64,000 nucleotides of DNA from Gammaproteobacteria bacterium (GCA_026708965.1 JAPOTY010000024.1:20785-84784), one strand, 5' to 3'; shown: positions 27,877-38,703, counted from the stretch's first letter. Notes: generated from the sequence alone by a model not told the origin. A program made the numbers and translations.

Positions 27877-29508
27877 ATGAACGGGCAGCGCCAGCAGCAA
27901 CTCGGCAAGACGCTGTGGGCCATCGCCGACCAGCTTCGCGGGGCGATGAACGCGGACGATTTCCGCGACTACATGCTGGCGTTTCTGTTTCTCCGCTACC
28001 TTTCGGACAACTACGAGCGGGCCGCGAGGAAGGAGCTTGGGCGCGACTGGCCCGATCCGGCCGCAGGCGATGCGGGCAATAGCGGCCGCTCCCCGCTGTC
28101 CGCTTGGTACGAGCGCAATCCCGCCGACGGGCCGGTGTTCGAGCAGCAGATGCGGCTCAAAGCGCATTACGTGATCCGTCCGGAGTTCCTCTGGAGCGGC
28201 ATCGCCCGCATGGCCCGCACCCAAAACGGCGAGCTGCTCAACACGCTGCAAGCGGGCTTCAAGTACATCGAGAACGAGTCGTTCCGGAGCACGTTCTCGG
28301 GGCTGTTCTCGGAAATCAACCTCGGCTCGGACAAGCTCGGCAAAACCTACGAGGAGAGGAACGCCAAGCTCTGCGCCATCATCACCAAGATCGCCGAGGG
28401 CTTCGCGGAGTTCTCCGCGGACAGCGATGCCTTGGGCGACGCCTACGAGTACCTGATCGGCCAGTTCGCCGCCGGCTCGGGCAAGAAGGCCGGCGAGTTC
28501 TACACGCCGCAGCGCATATCGGACATCCTCTCCGCCATCGTCGCGCTCGACAGCCAGGCGCCGAGCACCGGCCAGCGGACGCGCCTCGCCAGCGTGATGG
28601 ACTTCGCCTGCGGCTCGGGCTCGCTGCTGCTGAACGTGCGCAAGCGCATGGGGCCGCGCGGCATCGGCAGGGTTTACGGGCAGGAGAAGAACGTCACCAC
28701 CTACAACCTCGCCCGGATGAACATGCTGCTGCACGGGGTGAAGGACTCGGAGTTCCAGATCTTCCACGGCGACACGCTCACCAACGACTGGGACCTGCTG
28801 CGCGAGGCGAACCCGGCCAGGAAGCCCCGATTCGATGCCGTGGTGGCCAATCCGCCGTTCAGCTACCGCTGGACCCCGAGCGAGGCGCTGGGCGAGGATA
28901 TGCGCTTCAAGAGCCACGGGCTGGCCCCCAAGTCGGCGGCGGATTTCGCGTTCCTGCTGCACGGCTTCCACTACCTCAAGGACGACGGCGTGATGGCCAT
29001 CATCCTTCCGCACGGCGTGCTGTTCCGCAGCGGCGCGGAGGCGAGGATCCGCCGCAAGCTCTTGGAAGACGGGCGCATCGACACCGTGATCGGCCTGCCG
29101 GCCAACCTGTTCTATTCAACCGGCATTCCGGTTTGCATCCTGGTGCTGAAAAAGTGCAAGAAGCCCGACGATGTGCTGTTCATCAACGCGGCCGAGCATT
29201 TCGAGAAAGGCAAGCGCCAGAACTCCCTGTCCGACGCGCATATCGCGAAGATCATCGCCGCTTACCGGGAGCGCCCGGAGCATGTCGAGCGCTACGCCCG
29301 GCGCGTGCGGATGGATGAGATCGAGCGCAACGACTTCAACCTCAATATCTCCCGCTACGTGAGCACCGCCAAGCCGGAAACCCCCGTCGATCTCTCCGCC
29401 ACGCACACCGAGCTGGTCGAAACGACCAAGCAGGTCCGGCAATCAACGGCCAAGCACAACGCTTTCCTCAAGGAACTTGGGCTATCCCCGTTGCCAACAC
29501 CCGATTGA
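27877..29508 (+). CDS. hsdM: type I restriction-modification DNA methyltransferase subunit
   Basis: It has N6-MTase motif I (DFACGSGSLL) and motif IV (VVANPPFSYRW). Length is 543 aa. Confidence 0.95.
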   Translation: MNGQRQQQLGKTLWAIADQLRGAMNADDFRDYMLAFLFLRYLSDNYERAARKELGRDWPDPAAGDAGNSGRSPLSAWYERNPADGPVFEQQMRLKAHYVIRPEFLWSGIARMARTQNGELLNTLQAGFKYIENESFRSTFSGLFSEINLGSDKLGKTYEERNAKLCAIITKIAEGFAEFSADSDALGDAYEYLIGQFAAGSGKKAGEFYTPQRISDILSAIVALDSQAPSTGQRTRLASVMDFACGSGSLLLNVRKRMGPRGIGRVYGQEKNVTTYNLARMNMLLHGVKDSEFQIFHGDTLTNDWDLLREANPARKPRFDAVVANPPFSYRWTPSEALGEDMRFKSHGLAPKSAADFAFLLHGFHYLKDDGVMAIILPHGVLFRSGAEARIRRKLLEDGRIDTVIGLPANLFYSTGIPVCILVLKKCKKPDDVLFINAAEHFEKGKRQNSLSDAHIAKIIAAYRERPEHVERYARRVRMDEIERNDFNLNISRYVSTAKPETPVDLSATHTELVETTKQVRQSTAKHNAFLKELGLSPLPTPD

Positions 29509-29541
29509 CCTGGGCCTATGCCGCCCCGAGGTGCCGACCGG

Positions 29542-29578
29542 GATGCGTCCGGCCCGGATGAAGGTGGCGCAGCGGGGA
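29542..29578 (+). repeat. isolated loop-end plus right arm resembling the palindromic element family
   Basis: GATGCGTC followed by CGGCCCGGATGAAGGTGGCGCAGCGGGGA resembles the GATGCGTCTCCCGGAAGAGGGG.. end of the full copies. The match is degenerate. Confidence 0.35.
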
Positions 29579-29579
29579 T

Positions 29580-29655
<76 letters not shown>

Positions 29656-29847
29656 CGGTCCGCCAACGGCCTAGGCTGGCGCGGGCGCGCCGCGCTCGCC
29701 GCCGTGCTTGAAGGGGCGGATTGTAGCGCAATAGCGCTCTGAGCGATTTATCGGCGAATACGCACGATTTCCGCCTTCAAGGCAGCGGCCCTTGCGCTTA
29801 TCTTTGCTTTCGCGCCCGCGGTAACGGCGCACGCAAGGGATCGCAAG

Positions 29848-30369
29848 ATGCGTGGCTTTACGCTAATGGAAATTCTGGTCGCACTGACTATCACCACCAT
29901 TGCGGTGCTCCTGACACAGCCCGTTATCGCAACCGGAACGCTCAACTTGCAGCGGAGCACAACGATCAACGGATTGATCCGCAGCCTGCACTTCGCTCGC
30001 CGGTCGGCCGCTGAAAGGGGCAGGAGCACCGTTGTGTGCGCCAGCTCCGATGGCCAGCGGTGCAGCGGCAGCGAGCACTGGAGCTCCGGGTGGATCGTGC
30101 ATGACAACTTCCTCCAAGCGGCGCCTTATGCGCCGCCGTCAGGCTCGATCCTTTACCGATCACGAGGCGGAACCGGTCTTGCCATAAGCGCCAACCGCAC
30201 CCAGTTCGTGTTCCGGCCGTTCCGCGGGCGCTCCACCAACGGCACGCTGATCGTGTGCGACCGGCGCGGCGGCACCGAGGCCCGCGCCGTGATCGTTAGC
30301 AATATCGGGCGCCCGCGCCTAGCCCGAACCAGCAGTAGCGGCACTCCCCTTGAATGCTCCTCCGGGTAA
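29848..30369 (+). CDS. fimT: GspH/FimT-family type IV minor pilin
   Basis: It has the prepilin leader and N-methylation site MRGFTLMEILVALTI. Confidence 0.8.
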   Translation: MRGFTLMEILVALTITTIAVLLTQPVIATGTLNLQRSTTINGLIRSLHFARRSAAERGRSTVVCASSDGQRCSGSEHWSSGWIVHDNFLQAAPYAPPSGSILYRSRGGTGLAISANRTQFVFRPFRGRSTNGTLIVCDRRGGTEARAVIVSNIGRPRLARTSSSGTPLECSSG

Positions 30370-30721
30370 ACGCGAACGCGGGTTCAGCCTTGCCGAATGC
30401 CTGCTGGCGGCGGCGATCTTCAGCCTCGGGCTGCTCGGCGCGGCAGCGATGGTCACGGAACGCGTGCGCGAGACCCGGGCGGCGCACAGCTACTTCCTGG
30501 CCGGCATGCTCGCCGAAGACCTTGCGGCGCGCATCCGGGCCAACCCGCAGGCCGCTGCCGGGAGCGATTACCAGAGCTGGCAGGCAGAGGCCGCAAGGCG
30601 CCTGCCCGGCCTGCAATGCGCGGTCACGCCCGCAGGCGGCGCATCGGCCTTCCGCTTGGAATTGAGGTGGCCGCTCAGCTCGGAGGACTCGGGGCGCCTA
30701 GTGGTATGGCTGGGCCGCTAG
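30350..30721 (+). CDS. pilV: type IV pilus minor pilin PilV (short)
   Basis: It has the GFSLAECLLAAAIFSLGLLG prepilin motif. The position after fimT supports the call. Confidence 0.7.
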   Translation: MNAPPGKRERGFSLAECLLAAAIFSLGLLGAAAMVTERVRETRAAHSYFLAGMLAEDLAARIRANPQAAAGSDYQSWQAEAARRLPGLQCAVTPAGGASAFRLELRWPLSSEDSGRLVVWLGR

Positions 30722-31671
30722 CCCGCATATCGCGTCAAGGGGCGGGGAAAAGCTTTGGCTGCGGGCTAGGCCGAGGCGGCGAGCGCGGGAGCAGCCTGGC
30801 GGAATTGCTTGTGGCCTTGGGGGTATCCAGCATGCTGCTTTTAGGCGTATTCGCGTCATCGCAGCAACTCCGCCACGCGGCCCGCGCGGCGGACAATCTG
30901 CACCAACTGGAGGAACGGGCGCGTTTCGTGCTGGACTTGCTGCGCGCCGATATCCGGCTGGCGGGTTTCTGGGGATTGCATGCCGATCGGCAGGCCGTGA
31001 GGCGCGGCAGCGGCGCAACGGTCCGCTGCGGCCGCGCCGATGCCACCGGCTGGGCCTTGCGGCTGACGCATCCCGCCGCGGCGGCGGATGATGCCTGGAA
31101 CCTGCCCTGCCCGCCCTTCCGGAATCGCCGCCAGCCAGGCGCGGACGTGCTCGAAATCCGGCGCGCCAGCCTCGCCACTTCCGGCGCGGATGCCCGCAGC
31201 GTCCAGATTCTGTCATCCCGCCGCGAGGCCGTGATCTTCTCCGCCGCCGCGCCGCCAACGCTGGAGGGTTCCACGGAACTTCGCGACCTGCGGGTGCATG
31301 CCTGGTACGTGGCGGCGGCCTCCAGCCGCAGCTCGCAAGTGCCGTCTCTCCGGCGCAAGACGCTGATAGGCGGCAGGCTGCTCAGGGACGAGGAAATACT
31401 TACTGATATCGAAGACCTGCAAATCCGGCTGGCGGTGGATTCCAATCTCGACGGAGCGGCCGATCGAGTGGTCGATCCCGCCGTGCCCCTGAGTGCTGAT
31501 GAGCGGGTCGTCGCAGTGCGGTTCTGGCTGCTGCTGCGAAGCGAAGCGCCTGAAACAGGCTACAAGGACCCCCGTGCCTACGCCTACGCCAACCGGCCCC
31601 CTAGGATTTTCAACGACGGACGGCGGCGCTTGCTGGTGGCGGGAAGCGAGGTGGTGGCCAATGCGCTTTGA
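30706..31671 (+). CDS. pilW: type IV pilus assembly protein PilW
   Basis: It has the GSSLAELLVALGVSSMLLLG prepilin-like N-terminus. The start was chosen at the ATG at 30706. Gene order supports the call. Confidence 0.7.
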   Translation: MAGPLARISRQGAGKSFGCGLGRGGERGSSLAELLVALGVSSMLLLGVFASSQQLRHAARAADNLHQLEERARFVLDLLRADIRLAGFWGLHADRQAVRRGSGATVRCGRADATGWALRLTHPAAAADDAWNLPCPPFRNRRQPGADVLEIRRASLATSGADARSVQILSSRREAVIFSAAAPPTLEGSTELRDLRVHAWYVAAASSRSSQVPSLRRKTLIGGRLLRDEEILTDIEDLQIRLAVDSNLDGAADRVVDPAVPLSADERVVAVRFWLLLRSEAPETGYKDPRAYAYANRPPRIFNDGRRRLLVAGSEVVANAL

Positions 31672-32194
31672 GCGCTTACGGCCCGAAAGCGGCATCGCCA
31701 TTTCGGCGGTCCTGATGATCTTGGCGGCGTTGTCGATGATAGCGGCTGCCGGCAAGGGAGATGCGGCGCTGCAATGGGCGCAGGTTCGCAACGCCCGGGA
31801 TTACGCCGATGCCGTGGGGCTTGCCGAAACGGGGATGGCCAGGGCGCTGGCCGCGCAAAGCTTCCGCCTCGATTCGAGCGAGTCCGGACGCTATTGCCGC
31901 ACTCAGTCGCGATGCGTGCAATGGACCGTTCGCCACATGGAAACCACCGCGGTCCCGCCAGGACTGGAGCAAGGCGCGGGCCCGCAGCGCGCATTGCACT
32001 TTGAGGTGAACGCCGAGGCCCGCGCCGGCAGGCATGCGCGCGCCGCTGCGGCGCTGGGGTTTGTTATGGTTGCATCCGGCTCGCCGACCGACCCGGCTGC
32101 CAACGAAATCGTGGTGTGCGGCGATCAGGACGGCTGCCCCCAGAACGCAGCCAAGCCTCCGGTCCGCCGCTATTGGCGCGAGGCTGCCGAGTGA
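31661..32194 (+). CDS. pilX: type IV pilus minor pilin PilX-like
   Basis: It starts MRFERLRPESGIAISAVLMILAALSMIA with a hydrophobic N-terminus. The assignment rests on position after pilW. Confidence 0.55.
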   Translation: MRFERLRPESGIAISAVLMILAALSMIAAAGKGDAALQWAQVRNARDYADAVGLAETGMARALAAQSFRLDSSESGRYCRTQSRCVQWTVRHMETTAVPPGLEQGAGPQRALHFEVNAEARAGRHARAAAALGFVMVASGSPTDPAANEIVVCGDQDGCPQNAAKPPVRRYWREAAE

Positions 32195-32211
32195 GCGGGC
32201 TCCGCTGCGGA

Positions 32212-32682
32212 ATGCGCAAGGCTCGCGCCATGCCCGACGCGGCCTGTAAACGCGGCTTCAGCCTCACGGAGTTGCTGGTTGCGCTGGCGATCCTGGCTCT
32301 GCTGGCCGCCGCCGCCGCGCCGCTGTGGCAGCGCCAGATTGAGCGAACCCGGCGGCTGGATGCCATCGACGCGCTGCTGCGCATCGCCGTGGCGCAGGAG
32401 CGCTTTTATCTTGAAAACGGGCGCTACGCCGGCTCCAGCGAGCTGCAGGCCGCGCCGCCGGCGGGACTGGGGGTTGCCGGAACAGAGCGCGGATACTACG
32501 CCTTGGAACTGCGGGCACTGGCAGGCGACGCGGATTCAGGCTACGAGGCGCGGGCGGTGGCGCGGCAGCCCGGAGCGCAGGCGGAAGACGAGCAGTGCCG
32601 GATGCTCGCGCTCGATTCCACCGGCAGGCGATCCGCCGAAACCTCCGGGGGCGCAAACAGCAGCGAAGCCTGCTGGCCCTAG
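32212..32682 (+). CDS. pilE: type IV pilin PilE-like
   Basis: It has the KRGFSLTELLVALAILALLAA prepilin signal and the ERFYLENGRY motif. Alternative starts are at 32191 (GTG) and 32230. Confidence 0.75.
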   Translation: MRKARAMPDAACKRGFSLTELLVALAILALLAAAAAPLWQRQIERTRRLDAIDALLRIAVAQERFYLENGRYAGSSELQAAPPAGLGVAGTERGYYALELRALAGDADSGYEARAVARQPGAQAEDEQCRMLALDSTGRRSAETSGGANSSEACWP

Positions 32683-33167
32683 CGGGAGCGTTTGCCGAGG
32701 ACCACGTTCACCAGCGCCAGCGCCACGCCCGCAGTGATCGCGGAATCGGCCACGTTAAAGGCCGGAAAATACCAGCCGCCGTAATGCAGCGACACGAAAT
32801 CCAACACGTATCCGCGCGCCGCGCGATCAATGAGGTTGCCGACCGCGCCGCCGGCCATCAGCGACAAGCCCGCAGCCCATAGCGGGTCGTTCCCGCGCGC
32901 CGCTTGGCGCATGAGAACCCCCAGAAACGCAAGCAAGCCCAGCCCGAGCGCAAAAAACAAGCTGTTCTGCCACCCGGGGGCGTTCGACAGGATTCCGAAG
33001 GCGGCGCCCGTGTTGTGCCAGCGCACCAGATCAAAAAAAGGCAGCACGGCAATGCGGTCAAGCTCGGCCAGCCGCGCCGCGACCAGCCATTTGACCGCTT
33101 GGTCGAATACCGCCACCACGGCGGAAATCGCCAGCAGCGCGCCGAAGCGCGGCGTCCTCAGGCCCAT
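32679..33167 (-). CDS. lspA: lipoprotein signal peptidase II
   Basis: It has the NTGAAFG and FNVADSAI motifs. The start was trimmed to the ATG at 33167 and overlaps the ileS stop. Confidence 0.9.
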   Translation of the reverse strand: MGLRTPRFGALLAISAVVAVFDQAVKWLVAARLAELDRIAVLPFFDLVRWHNTGAAFGILSNAPGWQNSLFFALGLGLLAFLGVLMRQAARGNDPLWAAGLSLMAGGAVGNLIDRAARGYVLDFVSLHYGGWYFPAFNVADSAITAGVALALVNVVLGKRSR

Positions 33168-35932
33168 ACGCGCACCTCGCCGCCGCCCCCGATATTCATC
33201 ACGCAGCGGTCGCACAAACCGGCGTGCTCATCATCCGCCGCGCGAACCGGCGCCCGGTGCCAGCAGCGCTCGCACTTGGGGTGCGGGCTGGGCCGGCATT
33301 CAGGCGCTTGGCCAGGCGCTCCTTCCTCCAGCTCCACGGAGGCTGAAATAAACACGAAGCGCAGTTCGTCTCCAAGCTGCCGCAACGCCTTGAGCGTGGC
33401 CTCGTCCGCCGGCACCGTCAATTCTGCCGCTAGGGAAGAACCCACGCGGCCGGCTTGGCGCGCTTCCTCCATCACCCCCAGCACCTCGGAGCGGACCTCC
33501 CGGAGCTTGGCCCAATCCGCCCGGCATTCAGGCAGCTCCGGCAGCGGGTGCGGCGCGCCCATGAACACCGATTCGGGGCGATCGCCGGGCATCTCGCCCC
33601 ACATTTCCTCGGCGGTGAAACTGAGCGCCGGCGCCAGCCAGCGCACCAGGCACTCCGCCAAATGCCACAGCGTGGTTTGAGCCGAGCGGCGGCCATGGCT
33701 GTCGGCGGGCATCGTGTAGAGCCGGTCCTTGATCACATCCAAGTAGAAATTGCCCATATCGACCACGCAGAAATTATGCACCTGCTGAAAAATCGGATGG
33801 AACTCGTAGCCGCGATAGTGCTTCCGCACATCGTGGTCGATATCGCGGGCCCGGCGCAGCGCCCACAGGTCGATATCCACCGCTTGCTCCGGCGCCACCG
33901 CGTGCTGTTGCGGATCGAAATCGTGCAGGTTTCCAAGCAAAAAACGGGCGGTATTCCTCATCCGCCGGTAAGCATCGGAAACGCGCCTTAGGATTTCCGG
34001 GGAAATGCTCATTTCGCGGCGGTAGTCGGTGGTCATTACCCACAGCCGGAGCACATCCGCGCCCAGCTTTTCGACCACCTCGCCCGGATCCACCACATTG
34101 CCCAGCGATTTGGACTGCTTGCGGCCTTGCTCGTCCACCGCGAAACCGTGCGTAAGCACCGCGCGGTACGGGGCCCGCCCGTCAATGGCCACCGAGGTCA
34201 ACAGGGACGACTGGAACCAGCCGCGGTGCTGGTCGGAGCCCTCCACATAGAGGTCGGCAGGATTTTCAAGCTCCGGGTGCTCAGCGCCCACGCAGCGATG
34301 CACCAATCCTGAATCCATCCAAACATCCATCACGTCCGTGACCTTGCGGTAGCGCGCGCCTTGATCCCCCAGAAGCTCGCCCGGATCCAGGGCAAACCAA
34401 GCCTCGATGCCCTCTTTGTCCATCCGCTCGGCGATCTCCGCCATCAGCCGGGGGGAATCCGGGTGCGGCTCGCCGGTTTCCCTATCGACCAGAAGCGGCA
34501 GCGGCACGCCCCAGGCGCGGCTGCGCGAAATGCACCAGTCCGGACGGGTCTCGACCATCGAGGCGATGCGCTGCTCGGCCCAGCCCGGGTGCCAATCGAC
34601 TTCGCCGATGGCGGCAACGGCTTTGCCGCGCAGCCCTTCCCGGTCAAGCCCCACGAACCACTGCGGCGTGGCGGTGAACAACAGCGGCCGATGGTGCCTC
34701 CAGCAGTGCGGATAGCTGTGCCGGTAGCTTTCACGGCAAAGCAGCATGCCGCGCTCAGCCAGCAGGCCGGGGATGCGCTTGTCGGCCTCTTCCACGTGCA
34801 AGCCGCCCACAAGGCCGGTGTCTTGCCGAAAATGGCCGTCCATCCCCAGCGGATTTTCCATTGGCAGGCCCGCCTTGCGGCCGATCTCAAAATCGTCCTG
34901 GCCGTGGGCCGGCGCTGTATGCACGGCGCCGGTGCCCGCGTCCAGCGTGACGTGGTTGGCGGTCAGCACAGGCGCCTGGCGATCGTAGAGGGGATGCCGC
35001 AGGCTGAGGCCGGCCAGCTGCCCGCCCTTGAGCGCCGCCAGCTCCCGCGCGCCAACCGCGCCGTAGCGCTTGAGGGCGCTGTCGGCGAGTCCGCGCGCCA
35101 GCACCAGCCGCTCGGTTCGCCCGCCGATTTCCGCTTCCATGAGCGCGTAGTCGAAAGTATCGCTGAGCACCACGGCGCGGTTGGCCGGCAAAGTCCACGG
35201 CGTGGTGGTCCAGATCGGGATATAAAGCGGCGCGCCGTTGTCCTCCACGCCTGGAATGCGGGCATGGAAATCGGCGGGATCATTGGCGGGGAAACGCACA
35301 TCCACGGCAATCGAGGTTTTGTCTTCGTATTCGACCTCGGCTTCCGCCAGCGCCGACCCGCAATCCAGGCACCAGTGGACCGGCTTTTGGCCGCGATAAA
35401 CGTGCCCGCGCGAGAAAATCTCCGCGAACGCTCGAATCTGGTTGGCCTCGTAGCGGGCCGCCATGGTCAGGTACGGCCGCTCCCATTCCCCCAGCACGCC
35501 AAGCCGCCGAAAAGCCTCGCGCTGGCCTTCGACCTGGCTGGCCGCGTAGCGGCGGCAAGCCTGGCGGAAGGCCGCGCCGTCGATGGCGGCGGCATCGTGG
35601 CCCAGCTCGCGCTCCACCCGCACTTCGATCGGCAGGCCGTGGCAATCCCAGCCCGGCACGTAAGGCGCGTCGTAACCGTCCAGGATCTTCGATTTCACAA
35701 TCAGATCCTTAAGCACTTTGTTATAGGCATGGCCGATATGGATCGAGCCGTTGGCATACGGCGGGCCATCCAGCAGCGTGAACTTCCGCCGGCCGGCCAT
35801 GTGCTCGCGGATGCGCCGGTAGCGGCCGCCGCTCTCCCACTCGCGCAGCATTTCCGGCTCGCGGCGCGCCAGGTTGGCGCGCATCGGGAAGGCCGTGCGC
35901 GGCAGGTTCAGGGTGTGGCGGTAGTCGGGCAT
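33158..35932 (-). CDS. ileS: isoleucine--tRNA ligase
   Basis: It has the HIGH motif (SIHIGHAYN), the KMSKS-like motif KQSKSLGN and a C-terminal Zn finger (CERCWHR..CDRC). The start is the ATG at 35932. Confidence 0.95.
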   Translation of the reverse strand: MPDYRHTLNLPRTAFPMRANLARREPEMLREWESGGRYRRIREHMAGRRKFTLLDGPPYANGSIHIGHAYNKVLKDLIVKSKILDGYDAPYVPGWDCHGLPIEVRVERELGHDAAAIDGAAFRQACRRYAASQVEGQREAFRRLGVLGEWERPYLTMAARYEANQIRAFAEIFSRGHVYRGQKPVHWCLDCGSALAEAEVEYEDKTSIAVDVRFPANDPADFHARIPGVEDNGAPLYIPIWTTTPWTLPANRAVVLSDTFDYALMEAEIGGRTERLVLARGLADSALKRYGAVGARELAALKGGQLAGLSLRHPLYDRQAPVLTANHVTLDAGTGAVHTAPAHGQDDFEIGRKAGLPMENPLGMDGHFRQDTGLVGGLHVEEADKRIPGLLAERGMLLCRESYRHSYPHCWRHHRPLLFTATPQWFVGLDREGLRGKAVAAIGEVDWHPGWAEQRIASMVETRPDWCISRSRAWGVPLPLLVDRETGEPHPDSPRLMAEIAERMDKEGIEAWFALDPGELLGDQGARYRKVTDVMDVWMDSGLVHRCVGAEHPELENPADLYVEGSDQHRGWFQSSLLTSVAIDGRAPYRAVLTHGFAVDEQGRKQSKSLGNVVDPGEVVEKLGADVLRLWVMTTDYRREMSISPEILRRVSDAYRRMRNTARFLLGNLHDFDPQQHAVAPEQAVDIDLWALRRARDIDHDVRKHYRGYEFHPIFQQVHNFCVVDMGNFYLDVIKDRLYTMPADSHGRRSAQTTLWHLAECLVRWLAPALSFTAEEMWGEMPGDRPESVFMGAPHPLPELPECRADWAKLREVRSEVLGVMEEARQAGRVGSSLAAELTVPADEATLKALRQLGDELRFVFISASVELEEGAPGQAPECRPSPHPKCERCWHRAPVRAADDEHAGLCDRCVMNIGGGGEVRVWA

Positions 35933-35972
35933 GTCAAGCGGCTGGGCTCCGGGGCGGAAGTGTGACGAAGCG

Positions 35973-36908
35973 CTAAGCGGCACGCAAGAGAGCACGGGCC
36001 TGATGGGCGTCGCGATCCATTTGCTCGCGCAACTCGTCCAGGTTTCCGAAATGCGCCTCGTCGCGCAGCTTCGCCACCGGTTCGATATCGAGGAAACGCC
36101 CGTACAGATCGCCGCTGAAATTAAAGATATGGGCTTCCAGTATTTTGTCCTTGCCGCCCACAGTGGGTCGGCAGCCGATGCTGGCCACGCCGGCCAGCGG
36201 CTCATCCTCCACGCCATGCACGCGCACTGCGAAGATGCCGTCCAGCGGACTCACCCGGCCTTTCAGCGGAATATTGGCGGTAGGGTAGCCGAGCTTGGCC
36301 GCGCCGATCTTCAGCCCGTGGATAACACGCCCGCCCATAAAGTAGCGGCGGCCCAGAAGCCTGGCGGCCTTGGCCAGATCGGAAGCCGCCAGCGCCTGGC
36401 GCACGCCGGTGCTCGACACGCGCTCGCCGTCCACGCTCACGGGCGGCGCCTGCTCCACGCTGAAGCCGAGTCGGCGCCCGCCGGCCGCAAGCTCGTCCAT
36501 CCCGCCGCTGCGCTTGTGGCCGAAGCGGAAATCCGGACCCTGGATCACGTGGCGCGCCTTGAGCAGTCCGGCCAGCAGCTTTTGCATGAACTCATCGGGC
36601 GAGAGCGTGCGAATGGCATCGTTGAAGGGCGGGCAGTAGAAGGCGTCCATGCCGGCGGCGTTGAGCGCGGCGCATTTCTCGCGCAGGGTCATCAGCCGGG
36701 GCGGGGGCGAGCCTTGAGCCATGAATTCCTTGGCAGGCGGCTCGAAGCTGAAAACAACTGCCGCCAGATGCCGCTCGCGGGCTGCCTTAAGGACGCGGCT
36801 TAAGAGTTCCCGATGGCCGACATGCATGCCGTCGAAGCCGCCTATGGTGACGGCGCATCCCTTGTCGATGGAGGCCGGCAAGCGGGAAATTCGGCGGAGG
36901 AGAAGCAT
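35973..36908 (-). CDS. ribF: bifunctional riboflavin kinase / FAD synthetase
   Basis: It has [12 protein letters not shown] and the PTANI riboflavin-kinase motif, in the conserved ribF-ileS-lspA order. Confidence 0.9.
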   Translation of the reverse strand: MLLLRRISRLPASIDKGCAVTIGGFDGMHVGHRELLSRVLKAARERHLAAVVFSFEPPAKEFMAQGSPPPRLMTLREKCAALNAAGMDAFYCPPFNDAIRTLSPDEFMQKLLAGLLKARHVIQGPDFRFGHKRSGGMDELAAGGRRLGFSVEQAPPVSVDGERVSSTGVRQALAASDLAKAARLLGRRYFMGGRVIHGLKIGAAKLGYPTANIPLKGRVSPLDGIFAVRVHGVEDEPLAGVASIGCRPTVGGKDKILEAHIFNFSGDLYGRFLDIEPVAKLRDEAHFGNLDELREQMDRDAHQARALLRAA

Positions 36909-37026
36909 CGCTTGCGGATCCTGAAACCTGTGGTTGAACGAATAATTGCTCCAGTGGAGCGATTATAGAAGTCTCGCACGAGAAACAGCTTGGCAAGCGA
37001 GGCATGCCCTCCGCTCCCGGGGCGCC

Positions 37027-38598
37027 CTACGCAGAGTCGCGCCAGCGGTGGCCGGTCAGAAACAGGCAAAGGAAATACGCCGCCGCGGCGGCGCCGACGC
37101 AGGCCAGCATCCACAGCACCCGGACCATCCGGGCAACCTCCGGCCAGAGCGCGGGCGCCGGCGCGAATTCAAACAGCAGCATCGCGATCACCCCCGCCGC
37201 CACCGCGATCCGCAATAAAGGCTTGAGCATGGCGCCCCGCTTGCCATCAAGGTCCTGGCGCTTGAACAACAGCCACAAGACCGCCGCATTGACCGTGGCG
37301 CCCAACGCCGTGCCGCCCGCCAGCACCGCGTGCGGCGCATGCAGGCCGCCGGCCACCCAGTACCAGAGCAAAGGCAGCGTCACAAGAAATTTGCAGCCGA
37401 GCGCCATGATCGCCACCTTCACGGGAGTCTTCATGTCCTGGCGGGCGAAGAACGACGGCGCCAGCGTCTTGATTCCGATCAGTCCGGGCAGCCCCGCGGC
37501 ATAGGCCTTGAGGCTCACGGCCGCCATTTCGACATCCTGGAGATTGAATTTTCCGCCGAGGAACAGGGTTGCCATGATGGGCTCGGCGAGGATAAACAGG
37601 CCGGCGGCGCAGGGCAGCGAAATAGCCAGGCCCGAACGGATCGCCCAGCCTGTCGATGCCAGGTACTCGTCGCGTTCTCCGGCGGCGTGCAAGCGCGACA
37701 GCCGGGGTAGCGCCACCGTGGCCAGGGCCACGCCGAACACGCCTAGGGGGAATTCCATCAGGCGCTGGGAAAAGTTCAGCCAACTGATGCTCCCGGACAT
37801 GAGAAAGCTGGCGAGTATCGTGTCCAGCACCACGCCCACCTGGGCCGCCGACGAACCGATGATGACCGGCGCCATCAAGGTCAGGATTCGCCGCACTTTC
37901 GAGTCGCGCCAACCCCACTGGAGGCGGAACGAGCCACAGGTGGAGCGGGCGAAGAAGAGCAGGAACACCATCTGCGCCAGCCCCGCGGCGAAAACGCCCC
38001 AGCCGAGCACTGCGCCCTGCGTTTGCGGCTGCATGGCGTAAAGGCTGGCCGCCGCAATCAGGCTGATATTCATCAAAACGGGAGTGAAGGCTGCGGCGGC
38101 AAACTTGCGGTGGGCGTTGAGCGCCGCGGCCAGCATCGCTGTAATCGAGATGAAGAACAGATAAGGAAAGGTGCGGCGCAGCATCGTGACCGCCTGTTCG
38201 TACGACTCGCCGCCCTGCATCGCGAATCCGGGCGCGCAAAGCCACACAAAGATCGGCGCGAATACCACTCCCGCCAGCGACACCAGCGCCACGGCCGCGC
38301 CCAGGGTGCCCATGACGCGGCCCAGCAGATCGCTCAGCGCTTCCCTGCCGTCTCCCGCCTCCATGCGCTGGGAATAGACCGGCACGAAGCTCTGCGATAG
38401 CGCCCCCTCGGCAAAGAAGTGCCGGAACAGGCTAGGGATCCGGAAGGCGACGATGAACGCGTCCATGATCACGCCGGCGCCAACGAACCATGCAAAGGCG
38501 ATCTCGCGCGCCAGCCCCAGCACGCGGGAAACCGTGGTGAGTCCCGCCACCAGCGACCAGGAGCCCAGCAATCCCCGCTTTGTCGATGCCTCGTTCAT
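37027..38598 (-). CDS. murJ: lipid II flippase MurJ
   Basis: The protein is polytopic and starts MNEAST..VSRVLGLAREIAFAWFVGAG (MviN family). The start was trimmed to the ATG at 38598. Confidence 0.9.
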   Translation of the reverse strand: MNEASTKRGLLGSWSLVAGLTTVSRVLGLAREIAFAWFVGAGVIMDAFIVAFRIPSLFRHFFAEGALSQSFVPVYSQRMEAGDGREALSDLLGRVMGTLGAAVALVSLAGVVFAPIFVWLCAPGFAMQGGESYEQAVTMLRRTFPYLFFISITAMLAAALNAHRKFAAAAFTPVLMNISLIAAASLYAMQPQTQGAVLGWGVFAAGLAQMVFLLFFARSTCGSFRLQWGWRDSKVRRILTLMAPVIIGSSAAQVGVVLDTILASFLMSGSISWLNFSQRLMEFPLGVFGVALATVALPRLSRLHAAGERDEYLASTGWAIRSGLAISLPCAAGLFILAEPIMATLFLGGKFNLQDVEMAAVSLKAYAAGLPGLIGIKTLAPSFFARQDMKTPVKVAIMALGCKFLVTLPLLWYWVAGGLHAPHAVLAGGTALGATVNAAVLWLLFKRQDLDGKRGAMLKPLLRIAVAAGVIAMLLFEFAPAPALWPEVARMVRVLWMLACVGAAAAAYFLCLFLTGHRWRDSA

Positions 38599-38703
38599 CG
38601 CAGCGGGCAGTTTAACGGGAGGGCGCGGCGCGCGTGGATTCGATTGGCGGCTATACTCCCGCAGCATGGACGCGCAAGCAAATGCTGCAAAGATACCGCG
38701 CCC

